Assembly: GCF_026210795.1 (NCBI RefSeq)
Contig: NC_089436.1
Span: forward strand, 2,604,001 to 2,668,000
From: Rhizophagus irregularis
Lineage: Eukaryota
DNA length: 64,000 bases
Reading direction: 5' to 3'
Part shown: piece after piece, positions 26,712-38,833 of the stretch
Layout of the letters: each line of letters begins with the position of its first letter
Position numbering within the stretch: the stretch's first letter is position 1
The notes under the pieces: model-generated
Databases searched by the model: none
Seen by the model: only the letters and a program-made list of their open reading frames with translations
What the model was told of the DNA's origin: nothing
Translations under genes and position numbers: made by a program

Positions 26712-28519
26712 ATGAACGTAACTAATTTTAATAACGAAAAACCTAAGTTTGAATATATGGAAGATGTTAGTTGGTTCATGTCGGTAACGCCAAGTACTCA
26801 ACCGCCACAAACCAAAAATTATTTAGTTAAAAAGAGTGGTGGAATTAAAGTAATTATTATAAATTTGAAGTGGATTATCATATTTATCATATTATCTTTT
26901 TAGCGCGTTTATAATAATAAAATATCTCGTCTATTAGAAACGTTCGTTCGTACCAACAGTGCCAAAGCCTTTCAAATTTTATACTGAATTGCGGGCCAAT
27001 GACTCTCGTAATAAAGAAAATTCTCCAAAATCACCATTTATTCCTTTAGCTATCAGTGTGCAACAATTTTTAGAAAATCCAACCAGATTCGATGCTAAGG
27101 TATCAGATGATAATACGTTTCAAAAATCAACATCGTGATTTTGAGGCTAACAATCGCCTTTTAAAAAAAAAAGTCTGGTAAAGTACGTTCAAATAACTTA
27201 ACTATACCGAAATCTCCGCACTTACGCACTAAATATAGGTCTAAACCCACTACGTAAGTTATACGTCACTAATTAATTGAAGTTCGAATAAATAAAATAA
27301 ATACGAAAATCAATCATAAGTCGGGTAATTAATTATTAATGTATTTGATTATTGTTCAGTATATTACCTACAGAAGAGCGCAAAATAAGGGAAATGAGAG
27401 GTTATAAATTCAAAGCTAACCCATTAGATCGAAAGGTAATTGTTCGTCTGAGATTTTACGCATAAAACATCGTTACATCGTCTCTTGCTTTAAATTTTAA
27501 AATCCTCTTTTAAAGATCCTTGAGAATAGGAATTTGGGAATCCCAAAAGTACAAAAGCCAATGCCGACTGTACCATATTCACCGGCCATAACGAAACCTA
27601 AGCCACAAAGACCGAAGAGTCCTTCACCACCGCATGTCATTAAAGCTAATCCCGTACCCGATTATAAAGAACCATATAGACCGGTGATTGAACACCGGTT
27701 AATCGAATTACCAATGTTTAGTTTACCTAGTGAGGAAATTTCCAAGAAGAAATCACAAGAAATTGAAATAATGATTCGTCAAGAAAAAGAGAAAATGGAA
27801 AAGATGCGCGAATTTAAAGCGCAACCACTTCCTACTGGTTCCCCTGATGTATGTAACCATTAAAATGTATTGTACGTACTAGAATAAAATAAAGAATTAT
27901 TCTAATTATTCTTCTCTTTTGTTTTAATGTTCCAAGTGTCTGCCTACACGTCCTTATTATCCACCAACTCACCCAAAACCATTTACATTGTTAACTAATG
28001 ATCGTGGGGAAAAATATCAAAGAAAATTTTATGAGAAAGTGAGAAAAGAGCAGGAATATGTCAAGGAGAATCGATTCCATGCACAACCTCTCCCCAATTT
28101 TGAGCCCAAAATTCCTAGAAAACCTGAATGTCCTCCACCAACAGAACCAATTGGTTTTTTCTTTTTTACTGATACTCGTATGAAAAAACGTCATATTTAT
28201 GACGAACGCAGAAGATTCCGAGAGAAGGAAGCTGAAGAACAAAGAATAGCAAAGATCAGGGAGGAAGAGGTAAGATATAAGAACTAATTCATATTATCGA
28301 TCTTTTTTCGATATTTAACTTTTTATGCATTTATGTTAATAATTAAAGGTACGCAATATGAAGGAAATCCGTCGGTTGAGAGTAGATTTAGTTCATCACG
28401 CTCAACCTATTCGATATTATACACCGATAAATATACAACCATCGGATAAAAAACCGACAAGACCAATTTCTCCCATGATCGGTGAAAAACGACGTAAATA
28501 CATGCGTCAAATCCCATAG
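26712..28519 (+). CDS. TPX2: TPX2-like spindle assembly factor
   Basis: Multi-exon. TVPKPFKF, LTIPKSPHL, FKANPLDRKIL, FKAQPLP, FHAQPLP, PTEPIGF.F.TDTR, and C-terminal EIRRLRVDLVHHAQPIRYY...PTRPISP match the TPX2 repeat and C-terminal motifs. Confidence 0.88.
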
Positions 28520-29045
28520 ATCCTCTATACTCGGCCATTTTATACTTTTAAAAATTTTAACCAATAACTTTTATAGATACATAGATACTGACCTTAACTT
28601 TAAATAGTTGCGTAACAATAGCAACATGTAGATCAGTAGATCACAAAAAAAAGATTTATTATCCGTTATTGTTCAGTCGATTAGGATTTTAATGACATTG
28701 GTGATTGGTCACCGCAGTATTCCATGAACGAACTATAACTCGGTTATTGGATGGTCTTCTCTATTCCCCCATCCAATAACTATTATTTATAATTTAAAAA
28801 TCAGATCAATTTAATAGTAGTAAAAATGTGTAAATAAAATAATTCCTAATTTTCTTTTACGTGATTTATAAATTCTAATTTATGATTGGTTAATAATATT
28901 GTGATGCATATATCATCTGACACTTTTTTATCATGAATTCATATAACTCCCACTATAAATTATCGTGAAAAAATAGGCAATAACTATTACCTTTGCTAAT
29001 ATATTCACAAATCACCACTTTATTACTCTTTATTTCTATTTCGGT

Positions 29046-31257
29046 ATGAGTAGCCGTAAACGACCAAAAAGAAAGACAAGGCCACCAAAGAAACCAGTAG
29101 GTTTAGTTACTTTATATAGTCCGGTTTGTCTACCAGACTTAAAAGCAAACCTATCTTTTTATGTTTTATATGTGAACTTATCATTTTTAATTTTCTTTTT
29201 TCTTAATAAACTTATTTAAATGTATCTTCACGTCGTTTTCAGAACGCTGTGTACCAATTTACTGACAGTTGGGATATTTTAGCTCAGGCTATTCGTGAAA
29301 TTCATAAAAAAAATGCGTCGATCCTAGGTTTTGAAGGACTTTATCGTGTTGCATTTAGAATAGTGCTTCATAAAAATGGAGACAAATTATATAATGGTGT
29401 AAGAGAAATTATTACGCAGCACCTGGAAGAAGTTGCTGTCTCTCAAGTTGTACCGGCCTTCCCTCTTTCAGGTGCAAGTAGTTCACAAACAAACCCTAAT
29501 GGAGCTGGTAGGGCAAATTTCCTGAAAGTATTAAAAACTGTTTGGGAGGACCATATTACATGTATGCTTATGCTTAGTGATATTTTAAAGTATATGGTAA
29601 GCTAATGATTTCAAGTAAAGTTTTGTAATTATTTCTTTTACGTAAATTATTTTGTGCGGGAAAATTTTTTCCTGTTGTAGGCTACATCTAATAATTACAC
29701 TATAATTAAGGATCGGGTTTACGCAAAACCTGCAAACGTTCCTCTTGTTTATGATCTTGGATTGGATCTATTTAGAGACATAATCGTCCGATCACAGAAT
29801 TATCCAATTCAGAATCATCTTCTTGAAGTACTTTTACAGCAAATTATGCTTGAACGAGAAAATGAAATTATAGATCGTACTAATGTGAAAGCATCAATTG
29901 ATATGTTACTGGAGTTGACTGACGCGTCGACTAAAGATACAATTTATGCAATTGATTTCGAAAATAAGTTCTTAGAATCAAGTTCGGAATATTATAGAGT
30001 TGAGGGACAAATGCTTGTGGGAGAATATGATACTTCAGATTACATGAAAGAGGTTAGAAATATATACATACATACATACATACATACATATAATCTCATC
30101 TTTTAGGTAGATAAGCGACTGAATAAAGAAGAGCAGCGCGTAGGCCATTATCTTTCACCGACTACAGAACCAAAGATTCGTAATATTGTAGAAGAGGAGT
30201 TAATTTCAAAGCATCTTAAGACAATAATTGAGGTAAACTTCATAGTATAAAAAATTTTTTTGGTTTTATAAATTATATGAAATAAATTATTATTTTTTTA
30301 TTCCAGAAAGGTTTAATTCCTGTGCTAAGAAATGAAAAAATGAATGGCAAGTTTTTTGTATTTGTCGTTCAATGATTATTATATTTTTGTAATGTTATTT
30401 ATTTAATTTAGATCTTGGAAGGATGTATAAATTGTTCGGGCGAGTTGTAAAAGGTCATGATGAAATGAAATCTGCTATTAGTGATTATATACGTGAACTT
30501 GGTAAAGCGATTAATGAAACAGTAACAAGTAATACAACTGCCGAAGGTGGTAATGCTGTATCTGTTGATAAACAAACGGAAGTTACTGTTGCTTTAAGAT
30601 GGGTACAGAAGGTTCTAGACCTTAGTGACAAATTCGATAAAGTTCAGAATTTAGCTTTATCTAATGATGAAACATTTCAAACATCTTTTAATGAGGTTTG
30701 TCAGTACAAATGTTTTTTATATTATTGCTCAAGTTGATTATTAATGCTTATAATTTTTTTTTAAAAGGCTTTTGAATATTTCATTAATAAGAATCCAAAA
30801 TCACCCGAGTTTATATCATTGTTTATTGATGATAATCTTAAAAAAGGATTAAAGGGGGTTAGTTTGACGTAATATTTATTTTCTTTCATCTTAATCAATT
30901 ACCAATTTTACAATTTTAGGAAACGGAAAAAGAAATTGGTAGTGTATTGAATAAAGCTATTACATTGTTCCGCTTTGTTGAAGAAAAAGATGTTTTTGAA
31001 CGATATTACAAACAACATTTAGCTAAGCGTTTATTACTTGGACACAGTGTTAATGATGGTGCAGAAAAGCGTACGATAAGTAAACTCGAGGTATGTCAGT
31101 CACTAGCCTATGATTATGAATGCTTCACTTTTTATTTTTAATATTTGTCTCATATATACTTCAGATTGTGAGCGGTTATCAATTTACCACAAAACTAGAG
31201 GAGATGTTCAATAATATGAGAATATCATCTAATACAATGTCAGATTTCAAGGAGTAA
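29046..31257 (+). CDS. C-terminally truncated cullin-3 paralog (copy 2), intact ~516-aa ORF; could be a young pseudogene
   Basis: Exons 29046-29096, 29243-29596, 29711-30052, 30107-30232, 30307-30346 (GC donor), 30412-30695, 30768-30857, 30920-31090 and 31165-31257 splice without frameshift. Ends at a TAC->TAA change (FKE*) before the exon encoding [10 protein letters not shown]. Confidence 0.65.
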
Positions 31258-31321
31258 TTGGATAAATTTTGTTTCAGAAATATAGCAAGCTTTTTTAATA
31301 TAAAAAAGGATAAATTTGATA

Positions 31322-31688
31322 CCGTAAACGGTGGCTATAGTACCCCTTAAAGTATAGTACCCCTACTCATAAATGTGATTTAGTACTATACATGAAAAAT
31401 TTTCGCTTAACATGTATTTTATATTTGCTTCTTGGGGACATTATGCTTAAAATTTATTACGAAATACGAATACAAACATTATTATTATAATACTGTATTT
31501 ATTAAAATTGTTACGGCATTAATATTCAGTTAAATTCATTTTCATAATCAAACTCTCCATATTTCATTTGTATCAAACAAAAAAGGATTTCTTTATTCTT
31601 TTAGGTTATACAAAGAGAAAATTCTGAATTGAAAATGATGATTTATATGATACCCGGATACCCGGGTACTATAGTCCATCATTTACTG
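31322..31688. mobile_element. Tc1/mariner-superfamily (pogo-like) MITE, ~367 bp, TA-flanked
   Basis: ta|ccgtaaacggtgg-ctatagtaccc ... gggtactatagtccatcatttactg|ta: ~25-bp imperfect TIRs with TA on both sides; no ORF. Confidence 0.7.
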
Positions 31689-32633
31689 TATTTTATTTTT
31701 AAAGACTGGAACCAATTAATTAATTAAGGTATCTTAAAATTTCTAAACTATAATACATGTCAAATTATTTAATGTAATCAAACTTATTTAATTTTTTAAC
31801 AAAATTTTTAAAACAAGATATTTTTTGCAACTAAATATCAATTGGCAGCAAAAAAAATAATTATATAATAAGAGAATCTTCTTATCTAGTGATTGTCATC
31901 AAACTCCTTTTGTAAAATTTACATTTATTTGTTATTAGAAGATTTATTTAATAGGATTTTCTTTTGCAAAAAATACCTTTATCAATTAAAACTAATTACT
32001 ACATTTTTACATCTAATTCTCTTGATATTAGTTTATCCTATTTTTATGCATAACAATATTTTTTAATTATTGTTAAATAAATTGAATGCTAGCTAGCCTT
32101 AGTATAAAATAGATGAAAATATAAAATAAATTATTCAATTGGTTATACTACCATATAATAATTAACTGTGCAAACCAGTTAATAATCCTTTTTGCATTCA
32201 TTTACAAAATATTTTTATGAACTATCAATATGAAACATTAATAAAAAGCTAAACAATTATTGCATAGTGCACCAAAAAAGCTGGGGATTTTATCCGACCT
32301 AAAATGTTTAGGTCGAACAATAGAATGACACATGACCGAAATATGCAACTTGGCTGTATGTCACTTGCCGGCGATATAGCGAATTCTTTTAGATAAAAGT
32401 TTTGTTTTGTAATTAGAATAGCTCTTTCTTTCGAATTCTCAAAAAATGAAATTGTTACTAGCTCAAATTTCTACGAATTTTCTTAATTTCCTGCGAACTT
32501 TTCGTAAAGTTTATAGTTGACACTGAATTTTTTAATAATACTGTAAGTATTCTAATTTTCTTGTTTTAAAGAGTTTGAGCTGAAATGAAGTCCGATTTTA
32601 AATACTTTATATTTGTTTAGTTTTGTGCAATTA

Positions 32634-33530
32634 TTCAAGTACAACAAAAAGTGCCATTCGGGGTCGATTCTAAATGATGCTATGTCAATTCTTCAAGTAT
32701 GGACAATATTAAAAAGTGGACAATATTAAATTCTCTCATGATGAATGTTGAAAGAAAAAGTGCGAAAATTGATTCATATACCGATTCAAGGAACAATGAT
32801 AAGAAAGCTGGTTATATGGTAATGTTGAACTTATTAATTATACAAAGTTTATTAGGCAAAAAGTGCATGTATAGAAATGCTCTCCCGCCTGGTTTTGTGC
32901 TCAAATTAAAGCTGAAGGGGAAGAGTAATAACAGATCAATATTGAAGAGTTCTTAGAAACAGAGGTAAATCTTACAAAATGTTTCCCATATGTTGATCAG
33001 AACGTGTAATTTAATTACTGATAATTTTAACAAACTTTCAGGTGGCATAAATTAGGATTTACCTCACACCAGTTGCTCATGAAACTTTCACTGAATGGAA
33101 GAAGAATCGCAAGGTAAAACTGGAAGCTGAGGAAGATCTGCTAAAGAGGCAGCTTTCAAAGTTGGTAAAGCGCAAGGCATATCTTGCCGTGATCTCTTCA
33201 CGTTCAATCCTGTTCTTGTTAACCAGAATAAAGATTATGATGATGATGATTATGATCATGATATTCTTGATCTATCTGGAAGAAGAAGAACAAGGAGAGG
33301 AACTAAAACTGAACAAGTTCTTCATGAACAATCAGATGAAGCAAATAAAGAAAATATTGCTGAAAATCCTTATGAGGGAGGTAATAGTAATAATACCAGC
33401 AAATAATAAACAGAAAACATGATGACAATTCTTGTCACTGAAGAAGGTTAGAAAGTTTAGAAGTTAAAGAGGATTTGTTTGCGACAAAAGATCTGGATGA
33501 ATTAAAAAAAAAAAAGACGAAGAAGATTGA
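32634..33530 (+). pseudogene. TMA46: 5'-truncated TMA46 pseudogene
   Basis: Aligns with 21892-23121 ([39 protein letters not shown]); multiple frameshifts, stops and a deleted exon. Confidence 0.9.
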
Positions 33531-33724
33531 ATTGTAGATGTAAAGGCAAATTTCATTATTAAGTCATTATTAAATCATCAAATAATGCAACAGATAATTA
33601 TTTTTGTTTATCAAATATTTTATTATAAAAAATATAGAACAGATAGATTCTCGAACTTTAAATATACTAGTATATCGGTTTTGTTTTTGTTGAATAAGCT
33701 CTTATTGTAATATCTGTTATTTAT

Positions 33725-33960
33725 CCGGATAGTTGCAGGGAGCTGCAAAAATATACGCATTTTCCTGATGCCCATTAAATTTAATTTTTTACACGGATTT
33801 GCTAGGAAATCTCCCAGTGACAACTCTATTGAATTTATTATGTTAAATGGTCAATGATCTAATAATATCAATAGATCATTGACCTCCTCAGCTTGACACG
33901 AAAATTTTTTGTGTAACTAACACATATAGACGTCCAACGAGAGTTTTTTTTAGCAACCGG
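33725..33960 (-). ncRNA. Candidate structured RNA with Sm-like site
   Basis: Perfect 13-bp hairpin at 33849-33884; further stems with G:U pairs on the minus strand; AUAUUUUUG followed by a terminal GCAG-CUCC-CUGC hairpin. No known family recognised. Confidence 0.25.
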
Positions 33961-34228
33961 CAGACCGCAGCAATCGAAAAAATGAAAATGGGGTAAAACT
34001 GAAAAACCCTACATATTTTATTTTTACCAATTCCATATCTGATAATTTTGTTGTCCAGAGACTCGGAATATATTATTATAAACTCCCTTTATTAATTCTA
34101 TTAATTATCGTGAAAGAATAGTCAATAACCCTAAGAACAACTATTAGTCTATCACTTTTGCTTATATATTCACAAATCACCGCTCTATTACTCTTTATTC
34201 CCGGTCCCGCTTTCTAATCTATTTTAGT

Positions 34229-37200
34229 ATGAGTAGCCGTAAACAGCCAAAAGGAAAGATAAGGCCACCAAAGAAACCGGTAAGTTTAGTTACTATAGTC
34301 CGGTTTGAAAAGGTTTATCAAACTGTAGTAAATCCGTAACTTATATTAAGCGCATAAGAATTTCTTTTGTTCTTTATTGTTTCTCAAGTGTAGAAGTTAT
34401 AATAACAAGTATAGATTTAATAGCTTACAAGTTTAAACGTCTAAAAAAAAGCCAGCCAATAATATTTGCGGATACTTTATATAAATATTCTTCTGCAGAC
34501 TTTCTGTCAGACTTTCAAAGTCTTGACTTAGAAACAAAACTATTTTTTATGTTTATATGAATATGTGAACTTATCTTTTTTAATTTCTTTTTTTTTTTTA
34601 ATAAAGACTTAATTATAAAAAAAACTTATTTATTTAAATATGTCTTCACGTCGTTTTCAGAATTCCGCTGACGCCCAATTCAATGACAATTGGGATCGTC
34701 TAGCTCAGGCTATTCGTGAAATTCATAAAAAAAATGCGTCGATCCTAAGTTTTGAAGAACTTTATCGTAATGCATATAACATGGTGCTTCATAAAAATGG
34801 AGACAAATTATATAATGGTGTAAGAGAAGTCATTACGCAGCACCTGGAAGAAGTTGCTGTCTCACAAGTAGTACCTGCATTCCCTCTTTCAGGTGCAAGT
34901 AGTTCACAAACAAACCCTAATGGAGCTGGTGGTGCAAATTTCTTGAAAGTTTTAAAAACTGTTTGGGAGGACCATACTACATGTATGCTTATGATTAGAG
35001 ATATTTTAATGTATATGGTAAGTTAATTGATTTCAAGTAAAGTTTTGTAATTATTTCTTTTACGTAAATTATTTTGTGCGAGGAAATTTTTTTCCTGTTG
35101 TAGGCTACATCTAATAATTACACTATAACTAAAGGATCGGGTTTACGCAAAAACTGCAAACGTTCCTCTTGTTTACGATCTCGGATTGGATCTATTTAGA
35201 GACACAATCGTCCGATCACAGAATTATCCAATTCAGAATCATCTTCTTGAAGTACTTTTACAGCAAATTAAGCTTGAACGAGAGAATGAAATTATAGATC
35301 GTACTAATGTGAAAGCATCAATTGATATGTTACTGGAGCTGACTGACGCGTCGACTAAAGATACAGTTTATGCAACTGATTTCGAAAATAAGTTCTTGGA
35401 AACAAGTTCGGAATATTATAGAGTTGAAGGGCAAATGCTTGTAGGAGAATATGATGCTCCAGAATATATGAAAAAGGTTAGCAAAAATATATATATATAT
35501 TTTTCTCTAAAAAAAAAAAAATTTTTTTGTTCCGAACTTATATATTAATAGCATATTATATCTTTTAGGTAGATAAGCGACTGAATGAAGAAGAGCAGCG
35601 CGTACGTCATTATCTTTCACAAACCACAGAACCAAAGATTCGTAATATTGTAGAGGAAGAGTTAATTTCAAAACATCTTAAGACAGTAATTGAGGTACGC
35701 TTTATAGTATAAAAAAAAATTTTGGTTTTATAAATTACATGAAATGAATTGCAAAAAAAAAATTTTTTTTTTTATTTCTAGATGGAAAATTCGGGTTTAA
35801 TTCCTATGTTAAGGAATGAAAAAATGGATGGTAAGTTTCTTGTATTTGTCGTTCAATGATTATTATATTTTTGTAATGTTATTTATTTAATTTAGATCTT
35901 GGAAGGATGTATAAATTGTTCGGGCGAGTTGTAAAAGGTCATGATGAAATGAAATCTGCTATTAGTGATTATATACGTGAACTTGGTAAAGCGATTAATG
36001 AAACAGTAACAAGTAATACAACTGCCGAAGGTGGTAATGCTGCGTCTGGTGATAAGCAAACGGGAGCCACTGTTGCTGTAAGATGGGTACAGGAGGTTCT
36101 AGACCTTAAAGACAAATTCGATAAAGTTCAGAATTTAGCTTTATCTAATGATAAAGCATTTCAAACATCATTTAATGAGGTTTGTCAGTACAGATGTTTA
36201 ATTATTTATTGTTCAAGATAATTACATCTTTTATTAATGCTTATAAATTTTTTTTTAAAGGCTTTTGAATATTTCATTAATAAGAATTCAAAGTCACCCG
36301 AGTTTATATCATTGTTTATTGATGATAATCTCAAAAAAGGATTAAAGGGGGTTAGTTTGACGTATCATTTATTTTCTTTAAATATTTAAATATCATTATC
36401 TTAGGCAATTACCGATTTATAAAATCTAGAAAACGGAAGAAGAAGTTGATAGTGTATTAGACAAAACTATTACATTGTTCCGCTTTATTGGAGAAAAGGA
36501 CGTTTTTGAGCGATATTACAAACAACATTTAGCTAAGCGTTTATTACTTGGGCGCAGTGTTAGCGATGATGCAGAAAGGGGTATGATAGGTAAACTCAAG
36601 GTATGTCACTAATCTTATGATTGTAGTATTTCACTTTTTATTTTCTAATACTTGTCTCGTGTATACTTCAGGTTGAGTGCGGTTATCAATTTACTACAAA
36701 ACTAGAGGGAATGTTCAATGATATGAGAATATCATCCGATACAATGACAGATTTCAAGGAATACTTGGACAAATCTGTTTTAGAAGTATGCAAGCTTATA
36801 TATATATAAGGATAAGTTTGTTTAAATTAAAATATTGAATACATTATTTAATACATTTTATAATATAGAAACCTAAATTAGATTTAAGTGTAACTGTTCT
36901 TACATCAACGTTTTGGCCAATGAACCTATCAGCAAGTCCAAGATGTAATTTACCGCCAGAATTAACAAAAGCTTGTGGTACCTTCCAAAATTTTTATTTA
37001 GGTCGACATAGTGGTCGTAGATTAACATGGCAATCGAATATGGTAATAAATATTTTATACATTATATATTTTGATAACAGAGTAAGTTTGGATTTGTTTG
37101 CTAATTTTATTTATATACTTAGGGCACAGCAGATATTCGAGGTTCATTCAAAGCACGTAAACATGAATTGAACGTATCAACGTATCAAATGGTTATCTTA

Positions 37201-37848
37201 CTTATGTTCAATGATAAACAGGATGGAGAGTCTCTATCGTATGAGGTAAAATGTCGATTAATGATCTCACCATATTATGTTTAAATTATGTATTTATATA
37301 TTTTTTTCCAGCAAATCAAAGGTGAAAGTGATATTCCAGAAGCTGATCTCAAACGTAATCTTCAATCATTGGCTTGTGCTAAGTACAAAATCCTTGTTAA
37401 AGAACCTAAAGGAAAAGAAATCAATCCTGGAGATCAATTTAATTTCAATAATGATTTTACAGCACCATTGCAACGTATTAAGATTCAAACTGTAGCTAGT
37501 AAAGTAGAAAGTGAAGGCGAAAGAAAGGAAACACGAGAAAAAGTAGAAGAGGCTAGAAAACATCAAACAGAAGCTGCTATTGTAAGAATTATGAAAGATA
37601 GGAAGACTATGGAACATAATCTTTTGATTGCAGAAGTTGTAAAACAACTACAATCAAGATTTATGCCAAATCCAGCGTTGATAAAGAAGAGAATTGAGGC
37701 GTTAATTGAACGAGAATATTTGGAAAGAGCCACGGGAGATAGGTAAGCTTCATAATATATTTTTTATTTTAATTCTTAGTTAATTATTTCAATTATTAAT
37801 AAATTTCTTTAAAATTAATTCAGGCGAGTATATAATTATCTAGCGTAA
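34229..37848 (+). CDS. CUL3: Cullin-3 (full length)
   Basis: [57 protein letters not shown]; neddylation motif [12 protein letters not shown]-terminal YNYLA*. Confidence 0.96.
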
Positions 37849-38269
37849 GCGATAACATAACGATAATAGGACATTTTTATCTAGTAATTCTTATTAAATC
37901 TAACGCAGCACATGATTTTTATTAAATCAATTTCTTTTTCTCTTTTTTTTTTGTTTGACAAATTTTTACCCCTTATCATCAAATTTCTTCAAACTTTTAT
38001 TCATAGTTTTCAGGTTCAGATTTGTAGCTGCTTTTCCTTTTTTTATTTCTCGCAATATTATTTTTTCTTAAAAACAATACATTTTTTTTTGTAATTTGTA
38101 AAAAAAGCTTTTTTTGGGATTTAGTACTTTGAGATATGTTCAATCATTTATGCAAGAAAAAAAGAACGGGAAACTCGATTTTTTTATTCATAAATTACTA
38201 ACTAATACTTGCTTACATGTTAAGAAAGATGAGGATACATTACGCGCTGGTCATAAATAGAAAATATTT

Positions 38270-38533
38270 TTAACCATATTTCGCTAATTCTTCTTTACCA
38301 GCTTTAGAATGTAAAAATTCATGTTTCTTTGTATAAGAAGAATAAATAAGATAACCAAAGATTATGGGAGGTCCAACGTAAGGAGCCTGAGACATTGTAC
38401 GGCGGAAAACATTAAATATCCCATATTTTAAAGCACCAGCGAATGCACGTTGTTGAAATGAAGAAACTGAGTAGGTGACTATTCCCTTTTGTACGGGACC
38501 TCCCATGTTTCCCCACCAGTTTTCACCACCCAT
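38270..38533 (-). CDS. QCR8: Cytochrome bc1 complex subunit 8 (UcrQ)
   Basis: WWGNMGGPVQKGIVTYSVSSFQQRAFAG...FNVFRR...HEFLHSKAG; a probable 5'-UTR intron lies at ~38579-38656. Confidence 0.95.
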   Translation of the reverse strand: MGGENWWGNMGGPVQKGIVTYSVSSFQQRAFAGALKYGIFNVFRRTMSQAPYVGPPIIFGYLIYSSYTKKHEFLHSKAGKEELAKYG

Positions 38534-38833
38534 GACTATTATAACGGATTGTTCGTTTTGTTTTGTTTGGAAGTTATCTAAAAAAGCAGAACTAAAGAGT
38601 TAGGGAATAATTAAGACTAACTTTTTACATGTTTCAGTGCAAATTTATATACTTACATAAGTTTTAGAAAAGAATTTGTAAAAGAAAAAATTTTTTTTTT
38701 AATTAGTTATACAACAATGATGATTTATGTCGATCTACTACGAAATTTATCATCCAATCAAAAAATCAATAATAGATGTAAAAAAAAAAATTATTCATTT
38801 TTGACTTTTATTTAAAAGCAATAAAAAATAAAC

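Noticed and set aside
33623..33823. ORF starting MSLGDFLANP, reminiscent of the eIF4B N-terminus
   Set aside because: TTG start, no further similarity, and overlaps a duplicated non-coding region.
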